From NCBI RefSeq assembly GCF_963921235.1, contig NC_086109.1, positions 5,148,001-5,212,000 of the forward strand: a stretch of DNA of 64,000 bases, given 5' to 3'. This stretch comes from Mobula hypostoma (lineage: Eukaryota). Shown in pieces: positions 23,991-37,044 of the stretch (the first letter of the stretch is position 1; each line of letters opens with the position of its first letter). Below the pieces are notes generated by a model. The model was given only the letters and a program-made list of their open reading frames with translations. It was not told where the DNA came from and did not search any database. A program made the position numbers and the translations under genes.

Positions 23991-26519
23991 CATTTGGCCC
24001 ACAATGCTGTGTTGACCTATATAAACCTACTTCGCGATCAATCTAATCCCTCCCTCCTACACAGCCATAACCCTTCATTTCTCTTTCATTCATGTGCCTA
24101 TCTAAGAGCCCCTTAAATGTCTCTATTATATCTGCCTCTATCGCCACCCCTGGCAGCCCATTTTACACACTGTGTGAAAAACTTATCTCTGACATCTCTG
24201 CTAAACGTTCTGCCACTCATGTTAAATAGATGCTGTGAGGTATTGTCCATTGTAGCCCTGGGTAAAAGATTCTGGCTGTCCACTCTATTCATGCCTCTTA
24301 TCATCTTGTACATGTCTGTCATCACCTCTCACCTCTCTTCACTCCAAAGAGAAAAGCCCCAGATCATTCAACCTTTCCTCTTAAGCCAAACTCTCTAATC
24401 CTGGTAAATCTCCTCTGTACCCCCTCTAATGCTTCCATGTCCTTCCTATAATGAAGTGACTAGAACTGAACTCAGTACTTCAGGTGTGATCTAACAAGGG
24501 TTTTACCATAGCACCCCTACCTGATGGCTCTCGAACTCAATCCCCTGACCATGTCTACGTTGGGAGAGGGATCTCACAGGTGAGACCAGCAACAGCCTGC
24601 CGCAGCCTTCCTCACAGAATCTAACCTGACAGACAACGTGCCTGGCTGATCCCTCACAATTCCACGGGATGGACCCAGCAGAGATGGTAGCACCAAGCAC
24701 CATTCCTTAGGGTGGCAAATACCGTGGCCGTGACCACAAGAAACTGTGAATACATCCCAGTGCGTCAGAAAAATAACCCGCTCTCCATTCATCTCATCTA
24801 CACTTCCCTGTGCCTCGGGACAACAACAAACATAGTCAAGGACTCTACTCTCCCAAACATTCTTTCTCCTGCCTGCGCCCCCCATCGGGTAGATGATACA
24901 AAAGTCAGAATACAGGTACCACCAGGCTAAGTCAGCTTCCATCCGTACGTATGGAATGATTTGTCACAGCATATACAAACTCTTCACTCTCTCTCTGTGC
25001 ATTGGTGGAACATTTGATCATATCAGTTGCTCCCCCGAGGCAGCACGAACAGTCAGTGACGGGGAGGATGAGTATGCCAAAGCTGGAACATAGTATCCAG
25101 TCCTGCGTGCCACGCTCTGGGGAAGACAAGAATGTTTAGAGAAGTTTTTGAGCGGATCATAGAGAGGAGGTTAAAATAATGAGGGGAACAAAGCAAAGAG
25201 AATCTGTTCCCACCGCAGAAAATGCCGTCGATCAGCAAAGCTACCCAAGCTAGCGTGAGATAAAGGAATACCCCTTCACTTCTCCTCACCTGCCCCTCAC
25301 CGCCCTCTGATTCCCCTCCTCTTCCCCTTTCTCCCATGGTCCACGCTCCTCTCCTATCAGATTACAAAGTTTAAAAAGTTCAAAGTTCAAAGGAAATTCA
25401 TTATCAAAATACATATATGTCACCATATACTACCCTGAGATTCCTTTTCTTGCAGGCATTCAAGGTAACTACAAAGAAACACAATAGAGTCAACGAAAAA
25501 CCACACACAAGACAGACTAACAACAAATGTGCAAAGGACAACTGTGCAAATACAAAAAGAAAGAAATAATAATAATCAATAAATAAGCAATAAATATCGA
25601 GAACATGAGATGAAGAGTCTTTGAAATTGAGTCCAAAGGTTGAAGGACCAATTCTTCAGCCCGTTTTGTCTTCCACCTATCCTCTCCCAGCTTTTTTACT
25701 TCAACCCCCACTCCACCCACCCACCTTCTTATTCTGACATCTGCCCCATTCCTTTCCAGTCCTGATGAAGGGTCTCCCTGCGAAACGCCGACCGTTTATT
25801 TCTCTCCATGGATACTGCTGATTTCCTCCAACACCTTTGTACATGTTGTGAGATAAAGGCATTACTGTACAAGGTGCATTACTGGGAAATGGAGGCAGGT
25901 TCACCTATTGCCTTTAATAGATGACTATCTGAACAACTAGGATCTGCAGCACTGTAATGGAGGATGGAAGGCTCTTACATGTGGTCAGTACAGTCTCAAT
26001 GAACCGAGTGGCCTCAGTTCATGGTGTGAATCTGCTAACGCTGTGAAGCCAGTGGAGCTCTCCCTCCCCAGCGGTAACTTGAGGTGAACACTGGCTAGAG
26101 ATATCTAGAGAGCGAGAACCCCACCCCCTAGGCATCGGAACCATCCAGCCGCCCTTGAGGAGAACCCTGGCTGGAGATCTCCAGAGAGAATGAGACCCCT
26201 TTTGATCTGCTGGTAGTCACCACCTGCTTTCTGAAACTTGAGATGTACATGGATGGAGATCCTATAGCAACACCCCCGCCCCCTTCCTCCCACTGCGCAG
26301 AGTAGAGTACTGCCCACAATGATCTACCATACACGTTGAATTAGCAATGAGATATCTAACTAAACTCATCCATTCTAACTACGCCCTCCACTCGCGGCAA
26401 TTCATGTGCCTATCTAAGAGCCTCTTTAACACCTCTTTTGATCTTGACCATAAGACATAGGAGCAGAATTAGGCCATTCGGCCCATTGAGTCTGCTCCCC
26501 TATTTCATCATGGCTGGTT

Positions 26520-27190
26520 AGATTAGTATATGAGGACACTCAGTCCTTTTTTATTGTCATATAGTAATGCATGCATTAAGAAATGATACAATGTTCCTCC
26601 AGAACGGTATCACAGAAACACAAGGCAGACCAAGACTTAAAAAAACTGACAAAAAGCACATAATTATAACATATAGTTACAACAGTACAAAGCAATACCG
26701 GAATTTGATAAGAACAGACCATGGGCATGGTAAAAAAAAGTATCAAAGTCTCTCGAAGTCCCATCATCTCATGCAGATGGTAGAAGGGAGAAACTCTCCC
26801 TGCCATGAGCTTCCAGCGCCGCAAACTTGCCAATGCAGCACCCTGGAAGCACCCGACCACAGCCGACTCTTGAGTCCGTCCGAAAACTTCGAGCCTCCGA
26901 CCAGCCCTCTGACACCGAGCACCGAGCACCATCTCTGCCGAGCGCTTTGACCCCGGCCCCGGCAACAGGCAATAGGCAAAGCCGAAGATTTGGGGCCTTC
27001 CCCTCCGGAGATTCTCGATCGCACAGTAGCGGCGGCAGCGAAGCGGGCAATTCAGAAGTTTCTCCAGATGTTCCTCCGTGCTTCTCACATCTGTCTCCAT
27101 CAAATCAGGATTGTGCACGGCATCCTACTTACAAATACTATATCATTTCAGACCGGTCGCGTGCGCTGTATTTGCGCCGCCATCTTCTCC
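26520..27190 (-). mobile_element. Non-autonomous LINE-derived element with GC-rich 5' end (AAGATGGCGGCGC) and (TCTAA)n tail; second copy ~54490-55107 plus
   Basis: Two colinear copies in opposite orientation; this one is flanked by repeated tcatggctg and interrupts a CR1 3' end. Confidence 0.65.
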
Positions 27191-28848
27191 TCCCTCCCTC
27201 CCTCCCTCATGGCTGATTTATTTCCCTCTTAGCCCCTTTCTCCTGCCTTTGATGCGCTTATGGATCACAAATCTATCAAATACACCCAATGACACAGCCG
27301 TCTGTGGCAATGAATTCCACAGATTCATCACCCTCTGGCTGAAGAAATCCCTCCTCTTCTCTGGGACATCCTAGCACATCTTTTAGATAATGTGCCAAAA
27401 ACTCCACTACCACCCCTGGCAGTGTATTCCTGACACCTACTGGATAATTAAAACTTGCCCCATAACTTCTCCTTTAAACTTACCCCCTCTCACCTTAAGT
27501 GCATGCTCTCTAATATTAGATATTGTTGTTGAGGTCTCTGTTCATCAGGGTTGACTCGGATGTTATGTCCTAGCTGTCTAGGTATGTAAGCCATTATATG
27601 GAATGCGAGCTGCTGCCCACGTAGGAAGCTCCCCCTCTCCAAGCAGCTGATGAACAACAGGGACCCATGCAGATTGGCACCAGAAGGCATTGAACTGCCA
27701 TAAGGACTCCAAGCTCCAGACTTTTCCCTCGGAGTTTACTCCCAAAGCCTTCTCCATGGGTGAGTATCTCTGCAAAGCAGCAGAGCTTCAAAATCAGAGT
27801 TTTCCTTCTCCTAGATGAGCTGCCAACCACGGCAGACAACCCCATCTGCCTGAAGCGACTGGTTTTAAGGTGCCAGTAACCCGCTTTTGCCCCTTCTCCT
27901 GTCAGTAGAAACAGTTCTGCTGAGCTTCATAGCTAGGCCGCACATGAACACCACGTGTGGACTTGGTTGTCAGAAGCTGTTTGAGATCCAAGTCATTGGG
28001 AGCATTTAATAGGCAGTGGAAGCTTGTCGCCATTACTGCCCTGGCTGTACAAGGAATCAATATTAGACATTACAAACCTAGGAAAAAGATACCAGCCCTC
28101 CACTCTATCGATACCTCTCATATTCTTGTGAACTTCTACCAGATCTATCCTTGGCCTCTGGAGAACGTATTTATTATGTAACCAACAGGGGGGACATTCT
28201 TGACAAACAATCCTTGTCCAAGACATCTGCATCTGTCTCCCTCTCTCCCTCCTGCTTGATGAACTGGCTCATTTTCACGTACGCGGCTTGGAAAAGAACA
28301 AGGACGTTGTGTATTGATTGCCACTGTACCATGGGACCTGGTCTGCTTTACAGAATGTGACAGTTCTGTGGTGTGAAAGGCTATGTGACTAAACTGTTTA
28401 CCAAGTTCAGGGGCATGTTGCTCACAGATTTTCATGGATAAATTGCAAGTAAAAATTTAACTTAAATGTTTTCAATATTTTTTTCTGTCAAGTTGAATCC
28501 AGGATCAGGTTTAGTATCACTGGCATATGTTGTGAAATATGTTGTTTTGTGGCAGCAGTACAGTGCAATATATAATAAAAATTATAAATAATGATAAGAT
28601 ATACACACACACACACACACACACACAATTTATAAATTAAATTGAACAAGTAGTGCAAAGGGTAAAAAAACAAGAAAGGAATATTGAGGTACTATGAGTT
28701 TAGATTCCATTTAGAAATCTGATGATGGAAGGGAAGAATTTGTTCCTGGGACATTGACTGTGTGTCTTCAGGCTCCTGTACCACCTCCTTTATATTAGCA
28801 ATGAGAAGAGGACATGTCTTGGGTGCTGGGGATCCTTAATGATTGGTA

Positions 28849-29083
28849 TGTTTTGTAACTTCAGAACATTAAACTAAGTCATAAGAAGAGACAGATGTGG
28901 GTCTAACTTTACCTCTACTTAGGCAAGGCACGCACGTATCATGTGGTAGTGCAATGACATATGAAATTCACGCATTTTTGTACATAAAGCGTATTGAATT
29001 ATTTAAAGGAATAAGAATGGTTAATCAAGCAATGTATATAAACAAGATTACTCAAATATTATTGAATTATTAAATACACAGCA
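28849..29083. mobile_element. Possible short solo LTR inserted in a Rex fragment
   Basis: TG...CA bounded AT-rich block interrupting ccttaatgat|ggac of the Rex element; TSD not clean. Confidence 0.35.
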
Positions 29084-29654
29084 ATGATGGACACTGACTT
29101 TTTGAGGCATCGCCTTTTGAAATGGTCTCAATGCTGATGGAGCTGACTGAGTTATCAACTTTTTGCAGCTTTTTCTGATCCTGTGCAGTGTTTTTCATCG
29201 AGTGCTGCGTCATTTAATGTCGGTGATCATGGTCTTTCCATGACTGTGATTGCTCTTGGCAAATTTTTCTACAGAAGTGTTTGCCATTGCCTTCTCCAGG
29301 CCAGTGTCTTTACAAGATGGCTGACCTCAGCCAATATCAACACTCTTCAGAGATTGTCTGCCTGGCAACAGTGGGAGCATAACCAGGACTTGTGCTATGC
29401 ACCAGCTGCTTGTTTGACCATCGAGCACCTGCTCCCACAGCTTCATGTGACCCTGACCACTGGGGGCGGGGGTGCTAAGCAGGTGCTACACCTTGTCCAA
29501 GGGTGACCCACAGGCTAGTGGAGGGAAGGAGTGCCTTACACCTCCTTTGGTAGAGACGTATCTCCACCCCAATGCTGCAGTCCTTCTACTGAATATGAGC
29601 AGTTATAATGGGTGACTTCAATCTACATGTAGTTATGCATGCAATCTACATGCA

Positions 29655-31175
29655 TTAGTGATAATTTTTCAAAACTCATTAGATTCTGGACTAGTTCCTG
29701 AGGATTGGAGGGTAGCTAATGTAACCCCACTTTTTAAAAAAGGAGGGAGAGAGAAACCGGGGAATTATAGACTGGTTAGCCTAACGTCGGTGGTGGGGAA
29801 ACTGCTGGAGTCAGTTATCAAGGATGTGATAACAGCACATTTGGAAAGCAGTGAAATGATCGGACAAAGTCAGCATGGATTTGTGAAAGGAAAATCATGT
29901 CTGACGAATCTCATAGAATTTTTTGAGGATGTAACTAGTAGAGTGGATAGGGGAGAACCAGTGGATGTGGTATATTTGGATTTTCAAAAGGCTTTTGACA
30001 AGGTCCCACACAGGAGATTAGTGTGCAAACTTAAAGCACACGGTATTGGGGGTAAGGTATTGGTGTGGGTGGAGAATTGGTTAGCAGACAGGAAGCAAAG
30101 AGTGGGAATAAACGGGACCTTTTCAGAATGGCAGGCGGTGACTAGTGGGGTACCGCAAGGCTCAGTGCTGGGACCCCAGTTGTTTACAATATATATTAAT
30201 GACTTGGATGAGGGAATTAAATGCAGCATCTCCAAGTTTGCGGATGACACGAAGCTGGGTGGCAGTGTTAGCTGTGAGGAGGATGCTAAGAGGATGCAGG
30301 GTGACTTGGATAGGTTGGGTGAGTGGGCAAATTCATGGCAGATGCAATTTAATGTGGATAAATGTGAAGTTATCCACTTTGGTGGCAAAAATAGGAAAAC
30401 AGATTATTATTTGAATGGTGGCCGATTAGGAAAAGGGGAGGTGCAACGAGACCTGGGTGTCATTATACACCAGTCATTGAAAGTGGGCATGCAGGTACAG
30501 CAGGCGGTGAAAAAGGCAAATGGTATGCTGGCATTTATAGCGAGAGGATTCGAGTACAGGAGCAGGGAGGTACTACTGCAGTTGTACAAGGCCTTGGTGA
30601 GACCACACCTGGAGTATTGTGTGCAGTTTTGGTCCCCTAATCTGAGGAAAGACATCTTTGCCATAGAGGGAGTACAAAGAAGGTTCACCAGATTGATTCC
30701 TGGGATGGCAGGACTTTCATATGAAGAAAGACTGGATGAATTGGGCTTGTACTCGTTGGAATTTAGAAGATTGAGGGGGGATCTGATTGAAACGTATAAG
30801 ATCCTAAAGGGATTGGACAGGCTAGATGCAGGAAGATTGTTCCCGATGTTGGGGAAGTCCAGAACGAGGGGTCACAGTTTGAGGATAGAGGGGAAGCCTT
30901 TTAGGACCGAGATTAGGAAAAACTTCTTCACACAAAGAGTGGTGAATCTGTGGAATTCTCTGCCACAGGAAACTGTTGAGGCCAGTTCATTGGCTATATT
31001 TAAGAGGGAGTTAGATATGGCCCTTGTGGCTACGGGGGTCAGGGGGTATGGAGGGAAGGCTGGGGCGGGGTTCTGAGTTGGATGATCAGCCATGATCATA
31101 ATAAATGGCGGTGCAGGCTCGAAGGGCTGAATGGCCTACTCCTGCACCTATTTTCTATGTTTCTATGTTTCTATG
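29655..31175 (+). mobile_element. Young 5'-truncated CR1 LINE with an uninterrupted 472-aa reverse transcriptase/C-terminal ORF (29658-31076)
   Basis: YLDFQKAFDKV, GVPQGSVLGP, KFADD motifs; 3' hairpin and (TTCTATGT)n tail. Confidence 0.95.
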
Positions 31176-32192
31176 AATATGCTTCGAGTGCTGTCTGGAG
31201 GGAGCTCCAGGACTTTGACCCAGCAACAGTGATGGAATGATTAAACATTTCCAAATCAGTGAGGAGAACCAGCACAGTCACATCAAAATAATTTTATTAT
31301 CAGAAAATCAGACTCAGATTTAATCATCCGCATATGTCATGAAACGTGTTATCTTTGTGGCAGCAGTACAATGCACATCAGAATAATAGGGAAAAAAACC
31401 ATGAATGATGGTAAGTATATATATAAAAAATAGTTCAATTAAATGAGCAAAATATAGAAATAAACAAGTAGTGAGGTAGTGTTCATGGGTTCAATGTCCA
31501 TTTGGAAATTGGATGGCAGAGGGGAAGAAGTTGATCCTGCACAGCTTATACAGTATATGTATATGGTATCATATACAATCCTGAGATTAATTTTCTTTCA
31601 GGTATTTACAGGGAAATACAATAGAAACAAGAGAAAATCTGCAGATGCTGGAAATCCAAGCAAAACACAAGCAGGCCAGGCAGCATCTACGGAAAAGAGT
31701 AAGGTCGACGTTTCGGGTTGAAACCCTTTGGCAGAAATACAATATAATTTATGAAATAGTACACTTAATAATAGTACACATAATGATTGACAAACAATTA
31801 ATGTCCAAAACAGGTCAGGTTGTGAAAATATAAATAAATAATACTGAGAACACGAGTTGTAGAGCCCTTGGCAGTGAGTCCATAGGGTGTGGATTCAGTT
31901 CAGAGTTGGAGTGAGCGAAGTTACCCACACTGATGGTTGTAGGGTGATAACTGTTCCTGAACCTGGTGGTGTGGGATCCAGGGTTCCTGCATCTCCTTCC
32001 CAATGGCAGCATTAGGATTGGTGGGGTACAATCTGGATAGTGGGGGTTCTTAATGATGGCTTCTGCTTTCTTATGGTGGCACTCCTAAATGTGTTCAGTG
32101 GTGGGGCGGTCTTTGCCTACAACCATCAGGCTCCTGAACTAGCGTGGATAACTTCACTCACCTAATCAACGGGCTGACTCCACAAGTTATAG

Positions 32193-32248
32193 ACCAGGGG
32201 CTTCCCCCCGGGGTCCGTGGCATAACAAAAAGGCTGGGAACCCCTGGT
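32193..32248. mobile_element. Tiny hAT-like MITE (related pieces ~21687-21718, 58465-58554)
   Basis: TIRs caggggcttccc / gggaacccctg with internal gtccgtggcataa.aaaagg. Confidence 0.5.
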
Positions 32249-33296
32249 GAGTGAAGTTATCCACACTGGTTCAGGAGCCTGATGGTTGTAGGCAAAGCCC
32301 TCTTCAACCCTCTTCACTACTCTCCACCAAAGAAATAAATAATTTCTTTATTTTCTGTGAATGTCTGCAAGAAAATAAATCTCAAGGTAGTATATGGCGA
32401 CATATATGCATTTTGCACTTGATAATGATTCACCGCAATCAGTGCACGCTGGTGGTGAAAGGATGTTCAGCGTGGTACGTGGATGTCCCCATTGAGAATT
32501 ACTAACACCTGCAAATCTGCAGATGCTGGAAATCCAAAGCAACACACACAAAATATTAGAGGAACTCAGAAGGTTAGGCATAATCTGTGGAAAAGAGTAA
32601 ACAATCAACATTTTGGGCCAAGACCCTTCATCAGAACTCATCAAGGGTCTCGGCCCAAAACGTTGACTGTTTACTCTTTTCTATAAATGCTGCCTGGCCT
32701 GCTGAGTTCCTCCAGCATTGCCCATTAAGTAAGCTGGTTTTCTTGGAGGGCATCCACCTTCATTAGAGCTGTTGCCATTGTGGTTTTCCAGACAACTGGA
32801 GAGTGCCCCGTTCACACTCTTGACCTGTACTACGTGGGTTTGGGGGATGGGGGAGAGGTCAGGGCTGAGTCAGTCTCTACAGGAACCCCCAGCTTCTGAC
32901 CAGGGTTCAATTCCTGCCACTGTCTGTAAGGAGTTTGTACATTCTCCCCGTGACTGTGTGGGTTTCCTTGCCCAGCTGATTCAATTACTTGTTGAGTCAG
33001 TGAGGCGCACTCTTCCCACGCCTGCTCACTTCCCTGTCACTGTTCACTTCCTCCTCGCCCACAGTTCAGGAAACGTCAGTTCTCAGGCACGGACCTGTTG
33101 TAACCCGGGGACTTCCTCAACGTCACTGCCTCGCACTTCAGTGTGGGTGGGGGGTGGGGGGAAGAGCTCCTCTCCCCTGGGTGGGGACAGGTGTGGGGTG
33201 CAGGAGGGCACAGGGCGGGGGAGTGGGAGTGGGGGCTGAGGGAAGGAAGGGAGGGGATGCTGGAGGGAGGTAGTGCAAGAGAAGAGATTGCGGGAG

Positions 33297-34208
33297 AAAC
33301 ATAGAAACATAGAAAATAGGTGCAGGAGTAGGCCATTCGGCCCTTCGAGCCCGCACTGCCATTAGGTATGATCATGGCTCATCATCCAACTCAGAACTCT
33401 GTACCTGCCTTCCCTCCATACCCCCGATCCCTTTAGCCACAAGGGCCATATCTAACTCCCTCTTAAACACAGCCAATGAACTGGCCTCAACTGTTTCCTG
33501 TGGCAGAGAATGCCATAGATTCACCACTCTCTGTGTGAAGAAGTTTTTCCTAATCTCGGTCCTAAAAGGCTTCCCCTTTATCCTCAAACTGTGACCCCTC
33601 GTTCTGGACTTCCCCAACATCGGGAACAATCTTCCTGCATCTAGCCTGTCCAATCCCTTTAGGATTTTATACGTTTCAATCAGATCCCCCCTCAATCTTC
33701 TAAATTCCAACGAGTACAAGCCTAGTTCATCCAGTCTTTCATGAAAGTCCTGCCATCCCAGGAATCAATCTGGTGAACCTTCTTTGTACTCCCTCTATGG
33801 CAAGGATGTCTTTCCTCAGATTAGGGGACCAAACTGCACACAATACTCCAGGTGTGGTCTCACCAAGGCCTTATACAACTGCAGTAATACCTCCCTGCTC
33901 CTGTACTCGAATCCTCTCGCTATAAATGCCAGCATACCATTCGCCTTTTTCACCGCCTGCTGTACCTGCATGCCCACTTTCAATGACTGGTGTGTAATGA
34001 CACCCAGGTCTCGTTGCACCTCCCCTTTTCCTAATCGGCCACCATTCAGATAATAATCTGTTTTCCTGTTTTTGCCACCAAAGTGGATAACCTCACATTT
34101 ATCCGCATTAAATTGCATCTGCCATGAATTTGCCCACTCACCCAACCAGTCCAAGTAACCCTGCATCCTCTTAGCATCCTCCTCACAGCTAACACTGTCG
34201 CCCAGCTT
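33297..34208 (-). mobile_element. Young 5'-truncated CR1 LINE, same subfamily as 29655-31175
   Basis: Near-identical by eye to 30250-31175 in reverse complement, with small frameshifting deletions. Confidence 0.95.
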
Positions 34209-34214
34209 AGTATG

Positions 34215-35705
34215 AGGTACAGTGAGTGGGGGGGGGGAGGTGGGGAGTGAGGGAACAGGAGTGGGAGGGGGAGAGCAGAGACAGGGAGTGGGGAAAGTGG
34301 AGGGAGAGGAGAGAGAGAGAACGGAGTGGAGGAGTGGTGGGGGAGGGAGTGGGAGCTGGAGAAGTAGTGGGAGGGGGAGAGCAGGGACGGGGTGGCGGGG
34401 GAGCGGAGGGGAGTTGGTGGAAGGGGAGTGGGAGGAGAGCTGGGACAGGGCATGGGGAGGTGGAGTGGGAGGAGAGAGAGTGAGAACTGGGAGTGGGGAA
34501 GAGTTGGGGGAGGGAAGAGCAGGGATGGGTGTAGGGGATAGTGTAGGGGAGAGAGGCAGGGAAATGGTGGGGAGTAGAGGAGGAGGGTGAGGATGAATGG
34601 GGGAATGGGGAGGGGAAGGGTGAGTGGAAGAAGGAATGGGAATTGGTTGAGAGTGAATGAGGGGAGTGGAGGAGTGGGGGAGGGTGAGGGAAGGGGAGCT
34701 GTAGTGGGGAAGGAGAGTGGTGGAGATTAAGTGAGGGAGGATGGGAGGTGGACCTTGAGGGAGAGAGAGTTGGAAGGAGTGGAGAGGGTAGGGGACTGGT
34801 GGAGGGAGGATGGGAGGTGGACTTGAGGGAGAGAGAGTTGGAAGGAGTGGGGAGGGTGAGGGAAGGATGGATGGATGGTGGACCTTGAGGGAGAAGTTGG
34901 TGGCGGGAGTGGGGAGGGGGAGAACGGAATGGGAGTGGGGAGGGTGAGGGAAGGAGGGTGGGAGGTGGATTTGAGGGAGAAGCAGGTGGCGGGAGTGGGG
35001 AGGGGGAGAGCGGAATGGGAGTGGGGAGGGTGAGGGAAGGAGAGTGGGAGGTGGATTTGAGGGAGAAGCAGGTGGCGGGAGTGGGGAGGGGAAGAGGGGA
35101 ATGGGAGCGGAGGAGGGAGGATGGGAGGTGGATTTGAGGGAGAGAGAGTTGGCGGGAGTGGGGAGGGTGAGGGAAGGAGGATGGATGGTGGACCTTGATG
35201 GAGAAGGAAGTGGCTGGAGTGGGGAGGGGAATGGAAGTGGTGGAGGGTGAGGGAAGGAGGGTGGGAGGTGGACCTTGAGGGAGAGGGAGTTGGCAGGAGG
35301 GGGAGAGGGGAATGGGAGTGGGGAAGGTGAGGGAGGGAGGATGGGAGGTGGACTTGAGGGAGTGGGGAGGGAGGGAGGATGAGAGGTGGACCTTGAGGGA
35401 GAGAGTTGGAGGAAGTGGGGAGGGGGGATGGGAGGTGGACTTGAGGGAGTGGGGAAGGTGAGGGAGGGAGGATGGGAGATGGATTTGAGGGAGTGGGGAG
35501 GGTGAGGGAAGGACGGTGGGAGGTGGACCTTGAGGGAGAGGAAGTTGGCGGGAGGGGGAGAGGGGAGGGTGAGGGAATGAGGGTGGGAGGTGAACCTTGA
35601 GGGAGAGGAAGTTGGCGGGAGGGGGAGCGGGGAGGGTGAGGGAAGGAGGGTAGGAGATGGACTTGAGGGAGTAGGGGGAGAGTGAGGACACACGGGAAGA
35701 GAGGG
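34215..35705 (+). repeat. Polypurine G-rich degenerate minisatellite (unit ~40-75 bp: gggaggtggaccttgagggagagagagttggcgggagtggggagggtgagggaagga)
   Basis: Directly visible; extreme G/A strand bias. Confidence 0.9.
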
Positions 35706-35759
35706 ATTGACCCCTCTCCTCACTGGGACTGAGCCCAGGGGTGGAGGTGGGGGAGGAGC

Positions 35760-35958
35760 AGCGGGATCGAGACAGCGTGCACGTGCAAGGCGCGGGCATT
35801 GCGTCAGCTTGGGCGTTCCCGCCGCGGGCTCGCCGAGCCTGCTGCCCGGTATAAAAGCAGCGATGCCGGGCTGGGAAGGACCAGCGGCTTCGGAGCCTCT
35901 GGTGTGCGGAACGTTACCGGCTCGCAGACGCACCGCACTCGTCCGAGGCATCGAGCAG
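35760..35958 (+). promoter_or_regulatory. G0S2: G0S2 promoter and non-coding exon 1 in a CpG island
   Basis: CACGTG 35780-35785, ATTGCGTCA 35798-35806, TATAAAA 35850-35856, donor cag|gtgagc at 35959; matching acceptor ttttattccag ends at 37037. Confidence 0.75.
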
Positions 35959-36489
35959 GTGAGCCCGCGCTCCATCCACACAGGAGGCACGGCAAGATCC
36001 CAGCGTTGGGGTGAGGGTTCCGGGGACCGACCTACTTTCTCCCCGAGATGGTGAACCTACGGGTTGAGGGGCTGAAGGGCCGCCCTCGCTTTGTAGTGGG
36101 CGGTGCCGAGCCCCGTGTTCGGTCCTCATCCCGGGCGCTGTCGGGGTGGAGTCTGCGGGCTCCCCCTGTGACTACGGGGGTCCCCCACCTCCCGGAGTGA
36201 GGCGAGAGACGGAGGGGAGAGAGAGTGAGTTGGGAGAATAAATGAGATTGCTGGTGTAGATGGACAGCTGATAGTATGAACGGTGAACTGAATGGCTTGT
36301 ACCTTATAGATTGCCATCACAAGCCTCCAGCCCACTCCAGAGGGTCAGTTACTCAGACGTGGGCAGTGGAAATCTCACCTCACTGTGTACACGCTTTGTT
36401 CGGTGGCCCCTTGGTGTGGGTGCAGGGAAGCTGACCTGCTCTTGGTCTGGTTCTGAGGTATCTGGTGAGGGAAGAGTGGATACCACAGG

Positions 36490-36526
<37 letters not shown>

Positions 36527-37044
36527 TACATTATTGATCCCGAGGGGAATTGGGTTTTGTTACAGTTGCACCAACCAAGTGAGGTGGTTCTTTCTGCCCC
36601 CACACCCTGTACCTCTGTGTTCCTGGTCCACGAACCTGAGTCTGGCAGTACCTTTATCTCTGTCCTCCACTGTTTTACAGCAGTGCAGTGTGAAATGTGA
36701 AAATAACTAAGTTACAAAAGACTTTTTTTTAAAAAAGAGATGATGTTCATGGGTGCACATTGTTTGGAAATCAGATGGCAGAGGGGAAGATGTTCCTAAA
36801 TCACTGAATTGGGGGTCTTCAGACTCTTATATCCCCCTGTGGTAGTAGTAATGAGAAGAGGGCATGTCCTAGGAGATGAGGGTCCTTAATGATGGATGTT
36901 ACCACCTTGAAGATTTTCTCAATGGTGGGGAGGCTAGTGCCTGTGATGGAATGTACAGAGTCTAGGACAGTTACAAGGACTGGGTTTTTAATTTTGTGAT
37001 GTTTGAGGATTATCAATGTCCTTGAATTTTATTCCAGAATCCTG

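Noticed and set aside
33816..35990. 724-aa and 530-aa Pro/Ser-rich minus-strand ORFs (extensin-like)
   Set aside because: They are stop-free translations of the C-rich strand of the minisatellite, the longer one running into a CR1 fragment; no independent gene signals.
37003..37044. N-terminal extension of G0S2 in the ORF track
   Set aside because: It starts at TTG inside the intron; the acceptor at 37037 and the conserved MET start give 37045.
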